In this document: positions 21,708 to 32,320 of the stretch, one piece after another
Layout of the letters: the number at the start of each line of letters is the position of its first letter
Numbering within the stretch: the stretch's first letter is position 1
NCBI GenBank assembly: GCA_963721455.1
Contig: CAVRJG010000041.1
Span: 59,665-123,664, forward strand
Source of the DNA: an uncultured Methanosarcinaceae archaeon
GTDB taxonomy: Archaea > Halobacteriota > Methanosarcinia > Methanosarcinales > Methanosarcinaceae
DNA length: 64,000 bases
Reading direction: 5' to 3'
Notes under the pieces: model-generated
The model's database searches: none
What the model was told of the DNA's origin: nothing
The model's input: only the letters and a program-made list of their open reading frames with translations
Translations under genes and position numbers: made by a program

Positions 21708-24101
21708 ATGAAACAGGATATGTCAAGTGCCGACGTTGCTGCAGTCGTTGCCGAACTGTCAGCGGGTCCGAAGTCCCTTATTGATGCGAAGATCGGGAAG
21801 ATCTACCAGCCTGGAAGTGGGGAGATCCGCATCAACCTTTACGTTTATCACCATGGCAGGGACAACCTGGTTATTGAGGCTGGGAAGCGCATCCATTTAA
21901 GTAAACACTTCAGGGTAAGCCCCACGCTTCCCCAGGCTTTTCCAATGCTGCTTAGAAAATACCTGTCCGGGGGCAGGATCGTATCTTTTGAGCAGCATGA
22001 TTTTGACAGGGTCGTGAAAATCGGGATCGAGAGGGCGGGAGTCCGAAATACTCTTATTGTGGAGCTTTTTGCTCGGGGGAACGTGCTTATCGTTGATTCG
22101 GAAAACAAGATTATCCTGCCCATGAATCCTGTGACCCTGAAGGACAGGCGGCTTCGGAGCGGAGAAATTTACGAGCTGCCTGAGGCACAGATGAGCCCAG
22201 TAGAGGCTAAGGTTTCTGACCTTATGGATGCTTTTTCCAGATCTACGGCTGATATTGTCCGGACGATTGCCACAAGGTTCAATCTGGGAGGAGTTCTGGC
22301 AGAAGAAGTCTGTGAAAGGGCAGGAATTGATAAATCAAAGTCTGCAAAGGAAGCAACTGAAGAAGACGCTTCCAGGCTCTGCAGTGCTATGCAGGATCTC
22401 TTTTCTCCGCTCTTCAGCGGGAGGGCGGCAGGCAAGAGAGGGGAACCAGAACCCGGAGTTGAAACTGGGGCTGAAATTGAAACTGGGGCTGAAATTGAGG
22501 CTGAGGCTGAAATTGAACCACATGCTGGAATTGAACCCGAAATTGGAGTTGAAGTCGAAGCTTCTAAACTCAGACCCCAGCATGTTAAAAAAGAAATTAA
22601 CGGAAAGATAGAAACCTTCGATGTGCTGCCTTTTGACCTTATTCGCTATTCAGGATTTGAAAAAGAATATTTCGACTCATTTAATACTGCACTTGACGAG
22701 TTTTTCGGGAAAAAGGCTCTGGAACAGGTCGCAGAGGTAAAAGAAGCTGAGAAAAAGGAGAAAAACCTTGGAGTCTTCGAACGGCGGCTTCTCCAGCAGG
22801 AAGATAGCCTTGCGAAGTTCGGAAAAGAAATTGAGAAGAACAATACAATTGCAGAAATTGTTTATGCCAATTACCAGCTTATCGAAGAGCTTTTTTCCGT
22901 ACTCAACGGCGCAAGGGCAAAAGGTTACTCCTGGGACGAAATCCGCTCTATCCTGAAACAGGCCAAAAAGACTGTGCCTGCTGCGCAAAATATTACAAAT
23001 ATTGACCAGAAAACCGGGACTGTAACTGTGGAGCTTGACGGGAAAAGCGTCAACCTTGACATCCGGAAGACAGTGCCTCAGAACGCTCAGGAATATTATG
23101 AAAAGGTCAAAAAATTCAGCAAAAAGAAGGAAGGCGCTCTCAAAGCTATCGAAGATACCAGGAAGGCTATGGCGAAAAAGGCTGCATCAAAGGCTGCAAA
23201 GGCAGGGAGGAAACTGCAGGCTTCCCGGAAAAAGCACTGGTACGACAGGTTCAGATGGTTTGTGTCCTCTGACGGTTTCCTGGTTGTGGGCGGCAGGGAT
23301 GTAGATACCAACGAGGAAGTTTTCAAAAAATACATGGAAAAGAGGGATATCGTCTTCCACACCCAGACGCCTGGTGCTCCCCTCACAGTTATCAAGACCG
23401 GCGGAGAAGAGGTTCCCGAATCTACTCTGCAGGAGGCCGCACAGTTTGCAGTTTCTTATTCCAGCCTCTGGAAAGCCGGGCATTTCAGCGGGGACTGCTA
23501 CTGGGTCAAAGCCGAGCAGGTCACCAAAACCCCGGAATCCGGAGAGTATGTGAAGAAAGGGGCTTTTATCATTCGTGGGGAACGCAATTACTTCAAGGAC
23601 GTGCCTCTTGGCATTGCAGTCGGGCTTGAACTCAAAGGCGAGACAAGGGTAATAGGTGGGCCCGCGTCTGCTGTCCGGAAGCATGGGAATTATATTCTGG
23701 AAGTGGTCCCAGGTACTTTTAACCAGAATGACATTTCAAAAAAGATCTACAGGATTTATGCGGACGAACTCAATGACCCCCGTTTCGTAAAGCAGATCGC
23801 ATCCCCTGACCTGGTTGCCATGATGATCCCTGCCGGAGAATCGGACTTAAAACGACAGAAACCGGAAAGGAAGGGACAGAGAACCGAGCCTGAAGGAGAA
23901 GAATACGGAACTCCTGAAGTAGAAGGCGAACCTGAAGATATCGGGGAGGAAATTGAAGAGGAATTCGGAGAAGACTTTGGAGAGGAAGCCGGAGAAAAAA
24001 CCGGAGAAGATATTAAAGGGGGATTTGAAGAGGAATTTGAAAAGGAAGCCGGAGAAGGAAGTGAAGAGGGTATCGAAACGCGTGGAGTGAAAAAGGCATG
24101 A
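21708..24101 (+). CDS. rqcH: Ribosome quality-control protein Rqc2/RqcH (NFACT family)
   Basis: MSSADV, FPMLLRKYL, FDR, ELF..GN, NAQEYY, WYDRFRWF..GGRD..NE, KGAFIIRG; acidic insertions. Confidence 0.92.
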   Translation: MKQDMSSADVAAVVAELSAGPKSLIDAKIGKIYQPGSGEIRINLYVYHHGRDNLVIEAGKRIHLSKHFRVSPTLPQAFPMLLRKYLSGGRIVSFEQHDFDRVVKIGIERAGVRNTLIVELFARGNVLIVDSENKIILPMNPVTLKDRRLRSGEIYELPEAQMSPVEAKVSDLMDAFSRSTADIVRTIATRFNLGGVLAEEVCERAGIDKSKSAKEATEEDASRLCSAMQDLFSPLFSGRAAGKRGEPEPGVETGAEIETGAEIEAEAEIEPHAGIEPEIGVEVEASKLRPQHVKKEINGKIETFDVLPFDLIRYSGFEKEYFDSFNTALDEFFGKKALEQVAEVKEAEKKEKNLGVFERRLLQQEDSLAKFGKEIEKNNTIAEIVYANYQLIEELFSVLNGARAKGYSWDEIRSILKQAKKTVPAAQNITNIDQKTGTVTVELDGKSVNLDIRKTVPQNAQEYYEKVKKFSKKKEGALKAIEDTRKAMAKKAASKAAKAGRKLQASRKKHWYDRFRWFVSSDGFLVVGGRDVDTNEEVFKKYMEKRDIVFHTQTPGAPLTVIKTGGEEVPESTLQEAAQFAVSYSSLWKAGHFSGDCYWVKAEQVTKTPESGEYVKKGAFIIRGERNYFKDVPLGIAVGLELKGETRVIGGPASAVRKHGNYILEVVPGTFNQNDISKKIYRIYADELNDPRFVKQIASPDLVAMMIPAGESDLKRQKPERKGQRTEPEGEEYGTPEVEGEPEDIGEEIEEEFGEDFGEEAGEKTGEDIKGGFEEEFEKEAGEGSEEGIETRGVKKA

Positions 24102-25150
24102 GAGTTACAAAGCGTTCCCTTAAGGGGAGGGAAGGGGAAATTGCAGTAACAGCCGAAACCCTCGATGACCTCTGGCATCTGAAATATATAATTGAAAAAG
24201 GGGACCTTGTTTTTGCGGTTACCAAACGAAAGGCTGACGCAGCAAGTGACAAAATTCGCCCTGAAAAGGTTGAGAAAGTAAAGGTCAGGCTCGGGATCAG
24301 GGTTGATGAAATGGAGTTTCACAAGTTTGCAAACAGGCTGAGGATACACGGGATGATCGAGCAAGGAATGGACGTGAGCTCCTATCACACCCTCAATGTC
24401 GAGATCGGAACCAATCTTTCCATTATCAAAGAGCACTGGAAGAATGACCAGCTCCAGCGGATTCTGGATGCCGAAGAGGCTTCGAAGCGCCCGAAGGTCG
24501 TTATGGTTGCAGTGGAAGAGGGGGATGCAGATATCGGCTTTGTTCACCACTATGGGATAGAGATTTATTCCCATATCCGGCAGTCTTCAGGAAAACGGGA
24601 AACGGGCTTAAGAAACGAGTTTTTCAGGGAAATTGTTGAACAGCTCAGGCACGCGGTTCCTGAGGACGCATCTATAGTTATTGCAGGTCCCGGATTTACC
24701 AAAGACGATTTCTTGAAGTATTTCCGTGATGTCGAGCCTGCCATGGCTTCAAAAGCCCTGACAGAAGATACATCCATGATTGGAATGTCCGGTTTTCAGG
24801 AAGTTCTTCGCAGAGGGGCAGTCGACAGGATCATGCAGGAATCCCGCATAGCCCGCGAATCAGCCCTTATGGAAGACCTTATCCGGGAAATCTCAATGGA
24901 CGGCAAAGCTGCCTATGGTTTTGCAGATGTTAAAAATGCTCTTGGTTACGGGGCTGTCGAAACCCTGCTTATTGCTGACGAAACCCTGAGGGAAGGGCGG
25001 GAAATAGGGGAGGATATCAACAAATTTCTCATGGAGGTCGAACAGGCTCAGGGAAAAGTTGTTGTTTTCAGTACTGTTTTTGAGCCCGGAGAAAAGCTTC
25101 ATAAATTGGGTGGAATTGCGGCTCTCCTCCGTTTCAAGGTGAAGGGTTGA
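24098..25150 (+). CDS. pelA: Pelota (Dom34) ribosome rescue factor
   Basis: LDDLWHL, RLRIHG, YHTLNV, AGPGFTK, LGGIAALLRF; ATGA overlap with rqcH. Confidence 0.95.
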   Translation: MRVTKRSLKGREGEIAVTAETLDDLWHLKYIIEKGDLVFAVTKRKADAASDKIRPEKVEKVKVRLGIRVDEMEFHKFANRLRIHGMIEQGMDVSSYHTLNVEIGTNLSIIKEHWKNDQLQRILDAEEASKRPKVVMVAVEEGDADIGFVHHYGIEIYSHIRQSSGKRETGLRNEFFREIVEQLRHAVPEDASIVIAGPGFTKDDFLKYFRDVEPAMASKALTEDTSMIGMSGFQEVLRRGAVDRIMQESRIARESALMEDLIREISMDGKAAYGFADVKNALGYGAVETLLIADETLREGREIGEDINKFLMEVEQAQGKVVVFSTVFEPGEKLHKLGGIAALLRFKVKG

Positions 25151-25189
25151 GCTATTTCTTTCAGGTTTGCAATCCTTATCCCGGATTTG

Positions 25190-25909
25190 TTAAATCAGGA
25201 GAAGGGCGATAAACCCACTTAAGAATATTCCGTCAAACGTTCCTGCTCCCCCTATGCTTGCGATCGGAGCTCCAAGGTTCCTGATTTTTCCCAGGTTAAG
25301 GAGGTCGGCTCCTATTAGTGTTCCGAGCACTCCTCCTACATAGGCAGTGACAACACGGCACTGGCCAATCGGGCAGTCAGAAATCTGAAAAACCGAAGTC
25401 AGCAGGATCGCAGCAAGGGCAGCTGTAAGCGGTGGAATTAATGCAGGAGTTGCAATTCCTATCCCGCTAATCGGCCTTGCTACGGAATAGGTTATGATTG
25501 TAACTATTAAGACCCCCGCCCCTGCAAGAAGGAGAGACGAAGGGAATTTTGTAAGGAGATAGGCTGAAATCAGGACAGGGATGATTGCTCCTCCTACATT
25601 GACGGCAATTGTTGTTTCGTTTCTTGTCATGCGCCGGATTGGGACTCTGTAAGAAACGCCAAAGACACGGACATACCTATCTCTAACCACCGGAATTTCG
25701 GACCTCAGGGTTGCCAGAGGAATATTGATGCCGCTTCCGACAAGGGACAGTACCAGGATAAGGAATGCGTCCCCTGTAGAGAAGCCAATTTTCATAAAGG
25801 TGGAAATAATAACTCCAAAAAAGAGAAAACCAAGTCCGAAGATTAGAATAAGGATTAAAAGAAGAAGGAATGTAAGGCTAAAAGGAATGTAAAAAAGTTG
25901 CCTTCTCAT
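25190..25909 (-). CDS. DUF1614 membrane protein
   Basis: GSGINIP, IAVNVGGAIIP, GTLIGADLLNL, SIGGAGTFDGIF. Confidence 0.9.
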   Translation of the reverse strand: MRRQLFYIPFSLTFLLLLILILIFGLGFLFFGVIISTFMKIGFSTGDAFLILVLSLVGSGINIPLATLRSEIPVVRDRYVRVFGVSYRVPIRRMTRNETTIAVNVGGAIIPVLISAYLLTKFPSSLLLAGAGVLIVTIITYSVARPISGIGIATPALIPPLTAALAAILLTSVFQISDCPIGQCRVVTAYVGGVLGTLIGADLLNLGKIRNLGAPIASIGGAGTFDGIFLSGFIALLLI

Positions 25910-26076
25910 GAACTCACCCTACTTTCTTCATTTCCCTGCACATCGAGAAATATATTTTCTTTATTTATGTGTCTCTTTATTGCTTTTATCTCTCTACTTT
26001 ATTGAAAGTATCCGGTCTTTAATAGTCTGCGATCAAACATTTCTGCAGCGCGATTAAAAATTTCTGATTATCATGT

Positions 26077-26961
26077 TCAGATGTATCTTATTGCAGGCCT
26101 CATGCATTCCATACAGATTGTTTCTTTTGCATCTTTGTATATCCTGAGGACTCCACCTGACTCTGATATCGTAACTGCGATTGCAACCGTATCTCTGGTG
26201 ATTGCGGCTGCTGAAACATGCCTGCCCCCCAGTCCCTTTTCGATATCTATATTTTTCGCATCAACATCAAGGTAGCGCCCTGCGGCATGGATAATGCCTG
26301 CTTCATCCACCACAAAAACTCCATCAAGCTGGGAAAATTCTTTTATGGACTCCCAGTTTCTCTTGTCAAGGACATTCCGATAAATTTCTTCATGACCTGC
26401 ATAAGGATTAAGGATTATCTGGTGAGAGCGTTTCAAGACCTCTTCGGAATCACCTACAATAAAGGCTGCTCCTATTTTCTTTCCTTCCCTCCCCGCCAGG
26501 GCAATGTCAAAAGAAATTTTCATAATTGCACTCATTACGTCCGGTTTTATCCTCTCCTGACATTCCTTCATGGCTTTTATGATGGGGTTTTCGTCGAGGT
26601 TATGTACGATAATCGAACTGGAGCCGCGGGTTTCAACCACGCCTACGATAATCCCGGTTTTCTGTTCTCCAAGCACGTACTCTATGGCCGCAGCCTGCTG
26701 CAGGTGATCAGCGTTGCCTGAGGCTTCCCGGTTTATCTGGTCGCTGAGCTCCTTTAGAGGATTTTTTCCATCTTTTCCTGTGGAGACCAGATGGTCTATT
26801 ATGCTTTTCGGGCGCATGGAAATGTAGTAGACCGGAATTCCCCCAGTTTCGATCCCTTCAAAATTCAGCTCCCCGGAAACCATAATTGCGGCAGCATCAA
26901 GTTCCATGGAAATCCGGGCTGCCGTTTCTGCAATTATACGTGCTCTATCCATATGATCCAC
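26077..26961 (-). CDS. dacZ: Diadenylate cyclase DacZ (DisA_N domain)
   Basis: GREGKKIG, KEFSQLDGVF (DGA-like), GLGGRHVSAAAIT, SESGG. Confidence 0.9.
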   Translation of the reverse strand: MDHMDRARIIAETAARISMELDAAAIMVSGELNFEGIETGGIPVYYISMRPKSIIDHLVSTGKDGKNPLKELSDQINREASGNADHLQQAAAIEYVLGEQKTGIIVGVVETRGSSSIIVHNLDENPIIKAMKECQERIKPDVMSAIMKISFDIALAGREGKKIGAAFIVGDSEEVLKRSHQIILNPYAGHEEIYRNVLDKRNWESIKEFSQLDGVFVVDEAGIIHAAGRYLDVDAKNIDIEKGLGGRHVSAAAITRDTVAIAVTISESGGVLRIYKDAKETICMECMRPAIRYI

Positions 26962-27009
26962 CGCTTTTCTATTTTTGTGGCAATCTATTTGCGGTTCTGC
27001 GTTTTGTTT

Positions 27010-27125
27010 TTGAAGTTAATATTATTTCTTTGAACTAACATTATTTTTCTTAAATTAATGTTATTATTTTTTTTAACTTAGCGTTTTTTCTCAGGTTAAC
27101 ATTATTTTTTTCAGGTTAACATTAA
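27010..27125. repeat. Degenerate ~20-bp tandem repeats (ttcaggttaacattatttt-like)
   Basis: Five to six imperfect copies between dacZ and thpR. Confidence 0.55.
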
Positions 27126-27381
27126 AGGCAACTATATAAATACTTAAGCTTATTTACCCCCTATGTACTGTGATATCTTATATATTATAATTGCCCTGTA
27201 ATTGCTTTGATCTCTTCTTCTTTTTTCCTTCCCACTTTTTTGCACTTCTTTCTCCTCACTTCTTTTTTCTAATAGCATCTTCAGGCAGGTTTACAATTCC
27301 TCAGAAAACGATATCAGAACTCAACTTTTCCGAGAGGAAGTTTATAGGAAGATTTTTCTGGTTATTTTTTCAATTAATATA

Positions 27382-27939
27382 TTGGTGAAAGCTTTGATCA
27401 GGACTTTTATAGCATTGGAGTTAGACCCCGGTTTTACGGAGAAAATCCGGGAGCTTCAGGACAGATTCTCTGATTTTGATTTGAAATTTGTTGACCCTGG
27501 ACTCGTTCACATAACTTTGAAGTTTCTGGGGGATGTGGACGAATCAATGATTCCATCGCTTTCCTCAGCTCTCGATTCCATTACATGCGAGCCTTTCGAA
27601 GCGAGAGTCGGGGGGCTTGGAGTTTTTCCCAAGCCTGCAAACCCTAAAGTCCTCTGGCTGGGCGCAGCCGGAAATTTCAGGGCGTTACATGACGATGTGG
27701 AGAATTTACTGAAACCTTTCAAGTTCGAAAAAGATAACAGGGAATTTACAGCCCACGCTACTCTTGCCAGGGTAAAATTCCTCAACAAGGATAAGAAAAA
27801 CGCTTTCATAAATACTGTGGGAGAGTTCAAAGATGTAGAAATCGGTAGTATGTGGGTAAATAGAGTGCTTTTAAAGAAAAGCACGCTGACCCCAGAAGGT
27901 CCCATCTATGAAACCCTGCATACGGTGTACATGGATTAA
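27382..27939 (+). CDS. thpR: RNA 2',3'-cyclic phosphodiesterase (2H family)
   Basis: RTFIA, HITLKFLG, HATLAR, STLTPEGPIY. Confidence 0.93.
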   Translation: MVKALIRTFIALELDPGFTEKIRELQDRFSDFDLKFVDPGLVHITLKFLGDVDESMIPSLSSALDSITCEPFEARVGGLGVFPKPANPKVLWLGAAGNFRALHDDVENLLKPFKFEKDNREFTAHATLARVKFLNKDKKNAFINTVGEFKDVEIGSMWVNRVLLKKSTLTPEGPIYETLHTVYMD

Positions 27940-28014
27940 GCCTTTTATTTTTGGTTTCTTTATTTTTAGACTTATTTCCTGTTTTCAAATTAATTCTCCA
28001 TGTTTCCAGACCGG

Positions 28015-29067
28015 TTATTCCTCTGGAACCGGTTCATACAGTCTTCTCCTTTCCGGGGGCATGGATTTAAGGAACTCTTTTGCTTCTTCAGGAGATACGG
28101 CCCTGAGGGTTCCGTCGGGTTCCTGTATGACCACGCCGCTTTCTTTGAGTATCCTGTATCGGGCTTTTCGGACTTCTTTGTCAGGGTGGCAGACGAAGTG
28201 GCAGTTGGAACATGTATACTCCATTCTGGATCCGGGAATCAGGCATATAAAAAATCCGCCTTTGAACTTAGGTCTTCCGAGGTATGCCTGTATGGCAGCA
28301 GGGGTCGCAGCGAGGAAATCTTCGTCTTTTTCGGGAATTTTAAAGCGCCCCGGAGACCAGGTGGACCACTTTCCGGAGGAGTTCAGGCCTGTAAGTCCGC
28401 CGCAGACAAGGAAGCAGCGGCTATTGCTTCTTCGCTTCCCGTAGCTAAACTCTTTTCCTCCAAGGGTTACAGTGACCTTCTCAACGGGGTCCACGTACCC
28501 GGAGGAACAGACTGAGAGGCAGATCTTACATTCGTCACAGTAGTTTTCTTCTTCCGGCAGCGGGTCTGTTGGAGTCAGTTCCGCGTCCGTAACGACTGAG
28601 GCCAGGACGATCGCGGATCCGTATTCCTTTGTAATAATGTTTCCTGAGTATCCTAAATGCCCTATCCCTGAGCGGACCGCAAGGTACCTGTGGGAAATAG
28701 GGGGGTGCATATCCAGCTGCCAGTTTTCCGTATCCATCCGGTACACGAAATTTGCAGACTGAGGGACAGCTTTGTATCCATACTGCTGCAAGAACCCTGC
28801 CATTTCAAGAGCGATCCCGTTGGCAAGGGTGGTTGTCCGAACCTTATTCTTTTCGAGGGATTCATGGTCCTCTTTTTTAAAATACGGGTCGATAAGTTTC
28901 TGGTCAAAGGCAAGGGCAAAGCAGATAGCAGATTTTGCTTCTGGTAGCACATATGTCAGATCGGCAGAAGGAGGGCCACCTGCAAGGGTTTCAGTTGTTG
29001 CAATTCCCACTTTGAAAGCTCCGAGAGTCAGAGCCATCTCTTTGAGTTCTTCTGTTAATTTGTCCAT
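28015..29067 (-). CDS. Epoxyqueuosine reductase / reductive dehalogenase-like cobalamin Fe-S protein
   Basis: SHRYLAVRSGIG..GYSGNIIT.EYG, CDECKICLSVC, CSNCHFVC. Confidence 0.8.
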   Translation of the reverse strand: MDKLTEELKEMALTLGAFKVGIATTETLAGGPPSADLTYVLPEAKSAICFALAFDQKLIDPYFKKEDHESLEKNKVRTTTLANGIALEMAGFLQQYGYKAVPQSANFVYRMDTENWQLDMHPPISHRYLAVRSGIGHLGYSGNIITKEYGSAIVLASVVTDAELTPTDPLPEEENYCDECKICLSVCSSGYVDPVEKVTVTLGGKEFSYGKRRSNSRCFLVCGGLTGLNSSGKWSTWSPGRFKIPEKDEDFLAATPAAIQAYLGRPKFKGGFFICLIPGSRMEYTCSNCHFVCHPDKEVRKARYRILKESGVVIQEPDGTLRAVSPEEAKEFLKSMPPERRRLYEPVPEE

Positions 29068-29504
29068 CTTCTATTTCCTCAAACACACTATGTAGAGTAA
29101 TTAATATATACTTAATGGGCATTCAAATATACTAATTCGCTGAAGGTATAGTCGGATAACCTTTCATGTATCAATTTCCATACGGTTTTCTAATTAGAAG
29201 TGCGGGAGCAGAAAGGTGTGAAAATGGATCAGAAAGGTGTAGAAATAATAGTAAGAAGAGTAGGACGAGTAAAGTAAATCCGCTTGAGTGAGCAAAGTAA
29301 GTGGACGACGATCACGATTATTTGCCGGCTTTTAAATCATAATATCTATAATTTTTAAGCTATGTTATTTTTTTATGCTTTGCTTTCTATTTACGTCCAG
29401 ATAAAGGCTGTAATTTCTCAGAATCCCTGTTCTTCGGAATGAGGTCGACATGCAGCAAAAATCGCAAACATTCGAAAGTTTAAATATTATCTTCTCTAAT
29501 TAGG

Positions 29505-30521
29505 GTGCAAGCATTAATGGAGGACTATACGATTAAAGAAGAGATCTGGATCGAAAAATACAGGCCTGTCCGGCTGGCTCAGGTAGCAGGGCAGGATGAA
29601 GTCATCGAACGCCTGAAGTCCTACGTTGCAACGAAAAACCTCCCCCATCTCCTTTTTTCCGGGCCTCCGGGTGTCGGGAAAACGGCCTCTGCAGTTTCGA
29701 TTGCAAGGGAGATTTTCGGGGAAGACCTCTGGCGTGAAAATTTTACCGAACTCAATGCATCGGATGAGAGAGGTATCGATATTGTCCGGACAAAAATTAA
29801 AAACTTCGCAAAAACTGCCCCTCTAGGAGGAGCCGGATTCAAGATTATTTTCCTGGATGAAGCCGATGCACTGACCCCGGATGCTCAATCCGCACTCAGG
29901 CGGACTATGGAACGCTTCAGCAGCAACTGCCGTTTTATTCTGTCCTGCAATTATTCTTCCAAGATTATCGAGCCAATCCAGTCCCGCTGTGCGGTCTACA
30001 GGTTCAGGCGCCTTTCCGATGAGTCTATCAAAAAACGCCTTGAATACATAGCTAAAGATCAGGTTTTATCCATCACTGAAGATGGGTATGAAGCTCTTAT
30101 TTACGTAGCCCAGGGAGATATGAGGAAAGCCGTGAATTCTCTTCAGGCTGCTGCTTTCATAGACCCGGAAAAACCTATATCCAGGGAAACCATTTACAGG
30201 ACTACTTCAACTGCAAACCCTGATGACATCATAAACCTGGTAGAAACTGCCCTGCTTGGAAACTTCAGGGCTGCCAGAAAGGAACTTAACAGGCTGCTCT
30301 ATGAAGAGGGGCTCTCCGGCGAGGATATAATCGGTCAGATTTACAGGGTGATATCCAATATGGACAACCGAATGGTTCTGGACCTCGGGCTTTCTGAAAA
30401 GCGCATCGTCGAACTCGTAGATATAATCGGGGAGATCGATTTCAGGCTTACTGAAGGAGCCAGTGAAAAGATTCAGCTCGAAGCCTTACTCGCGCATTTT
30501 GCACTTTCTAACGCAGATTAA
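29505..30521 (+). CDS. rfcS: Replication factor C small subunit
   Basis: WIEKYRP, GPPGVGKT, ELNASDERG, LDEAD, SRC; no intein. Confidence 0.97.
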   Translation: MQALMEDYTIKEEIWIEKYRPVRLAQVAGQDEVIERLKSYVATKNLPHLLFSGPPGVGKTASAVSIAREIFGEDLWRENFTELNASDERGIDIVRTKIKNFAKTAPLGGAGFKIIFLDEADALTPDAQSALRRTMERFSSNCRFILSCNYSSKIIEPIQSRCAVYRFRRLSDESIKKRLEYIAKDQVLSITEDGYEALIYVAQGDMRKAVNSLQAAAFIDPEKPISRETIYRTTSTANPDDIINLVETALLGNFRAARKELNRLLYEEGLSGEDIIGQIYRVISNMDNRMVLDLGLSEKRIVELVDIIGEIDFRLTEGASEKIQLEALLAHFALSNAD

Positions 30522-30622
30522 GTTCGAGTGAATCTTAAGGTTCAAATGAATCCAGAATGAATCTCTACACGCCAGGTCTCTGAAGAAAGGTTGAAAGGGC
30601 TTGAACTGGCCTCTTTCTTAAA

Positions 30623-30695
30623 ACAAGAATATCTTAAGACAAGAGTACCTTAAGACAAGAGTATCTTAACAAGAATATCTTTAAACAATAATATA
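30623..30695. repeat. About 4.5 copies of a 14-16 bp tandem repeat (acaagagtatcttaag)
   Basis: Seen directly upstream of the 30720 ORF. Confidence 0.7.
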
Positions 30696-30719
30696 CGGAA
30701 TTAATAAATCCTGATTACC

Positions 30720-31232
30720 ATGTCTGTTGAAACAGCACTAGTAGAAATGTTGGGGTCTGTTCCCCAGTGGTTTGCAGTCCTTATTCTGGGGGCCCTTCCC
30801 GTCTCCGAACTGAGAGGGGCAATCCCTGTTGCCATGGGCATCTATGGAATGGGGCCTTTCGAGGCCTTTTTCCTCTCAGTGCTTGGAAACCTTCTCCCTG
30901 TGATTCCCCTTCTGCTCTTCCTTGAACCGGTCTCGGATTATCTCAGACGCTACCGGATCTTTGATACCTTTTTCACCTGGCTCTTTTCAAGGACCCGCCA
31001 AAACAATACCGAAAGTTTTGAAAAATATGGACTTCTTGCTCTGGCGATCTTCGTAGCTATACCCCTGCCGGCTACAGGGGCCTGGTCAGGTTGCGCAGCG
31101 GCATTTGTGTTCGGGGTAAAGTTCAAGCACTCGTTTCCTGCGATTGTTGCAGGCGTTATGCTGGCAGGAATTATAGTAACTGTCCTTACTGTTACAGGTA
31201 TAGGTCTCGCTGATCTGATTTTCGGAGTTTAA
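30720..31232 (+). CDS. COG2426 small multidrug export family membrane protein
   Basis: PVSELRGAIP, FVAIPLPATGAWSG. Confidence 0.9.
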   Translation: MSVETALVEMLGSVPQWFAVLILGALPVSELRGAIPVAMGIYGMGPFEAFFLSVLGNLLPVIPLLLFLEPVSDYLRRYRIFDTFFTWLFSRTRQNNTESFEKYGLLALAIFVAIPLPATGAWSGCAAAFVFGVKFKHSFPAIVAGVMLAGIIVTVLTVTGIGLADLIFGV

Positions 31233-31415
31233 CTTCCATGTGAGGTTCTTCGAAATCTTCATATATTTTAAAAATATCAAATATATCATTGACAGAACAA
31301 ATATAAATTTATTATAAATTTATTATTATACTTTCAGCCAGCTCCTGCTTTTACAGCTTCTTGCGGTTTATTCCCGTTGTCTGGCAGTTCTCTGGAATTT
31401 TTGAGGTGACTTTTA

Positions 31416-31679
31416 ATGGCAAAGGCAGATAAGAAAAACAAAAAAATAGTCCAGTCCAAAAAATGTGTCGGGTGCGGAATCTGTTATTCCGTTTGCCCGG
31501 TGAATGCAAAACTGATGAAGAGTGATGATTTTGATCCCGGTACCGCTGAACTGGCAATTCGGGTCGTAGACGGAGCGGCAATTATCAGTGACGAAGCCTG
31601 CATCCGCTGCGGAGCCTGCTCAAAGATTTGCCCTGTGGAATCCCTCACCGTAGTGGAGCTGGAATCCGCAACTGCATAA
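31416..31679 (+). CDS. 2x[4Fe-4S] ferredoxin
   Basis: CVGCGICYSVCP and CIRCGACSKICP. Confidence 0.9.
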   Translation: MAKADKKNKKIVQSKKCVGCGICYSVCPVNAKLMKSDDFDPGTAELAIRVVDGAAIISDEACIRCGACSKICPVESLTVVELESATA

Positions 31680-31792
31680 CCAAATATTAAAGTAAAAATA
31701 GGAAAATGCTGTTTCTCAGCATTTTATTTTTATTCTATCCCTTAAAGCAGATATCACTGGCAAATAGCTTTTCAGGGGTGTCCTGTCTTAAA

Positions 31793-32002
31793 TTACAGCA
31801 TCTCTTTTGCTAATTTTATATCTTCAGCTTTTACGGTTTTTCTACCTGCGTGCTCTGCAAGTTTTATTGCTTCTCTTGAAATCTCAAGTCCGTATTCTTC
31901 CAGAATTTCCGTAAGGGCCATTCCTGCACTTTCGCTTACTCTATGAGCACCTGCGGTTCTTATTAAACGCTCAATTGGTGCGAATGGTATCACTTTTGCC
32001 AT
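31793..32002 (-). CDS. Archaeal histone
   Basis: IPFAPIERLIRTAGAHRVSE..AEHAGRKTVKAEDIKLA. Confidence 0.97.
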   Translation of the reverse strand: MAKVIPFAPIERLIRTAGAHRVSESAGMALTEILEEYGLEISREAIKLAEHAGRKTVKAEDIKLAKEML

Positions 32003-32145
32003 ATTATCCTCCAATCTTCTTTTGTTGTTAATATGTATTCCTTCTAATCCCTGATTTTGTAATTAGATTCTATAAATACCTTTGCTTATATTGGGGCCTT
32101 TTACTTCTTATTCAGCTTTTAATGCCTTTTTGCTCCTCTATTTAC

Positions 32146-32320
32146 TTCCCGAATTGCGGCTCTGCGGTACGCTGTCCTTCCCGAGTTTCGCTTCGGGATC
32201 ACGAATGTCGTTTCCGGAGTTGCGCTTCACAGCACGATGTCCTTTTCGCTTCGCTCAAGAGGACTGATTTATTATGTTCAGTTTTTCCTCCCGATTTTCG
32301 CTTCGCTCAAGATGACTAAT
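32146..32320 (+). repeat. REP-like intergenic repeat cluster, copy 3 (multiple units)
   Basis: cccgagtttcgcttcggg, cgcttcgctcaagaggact, cgcttcgctcaagatgact. Confidence 0.75.
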
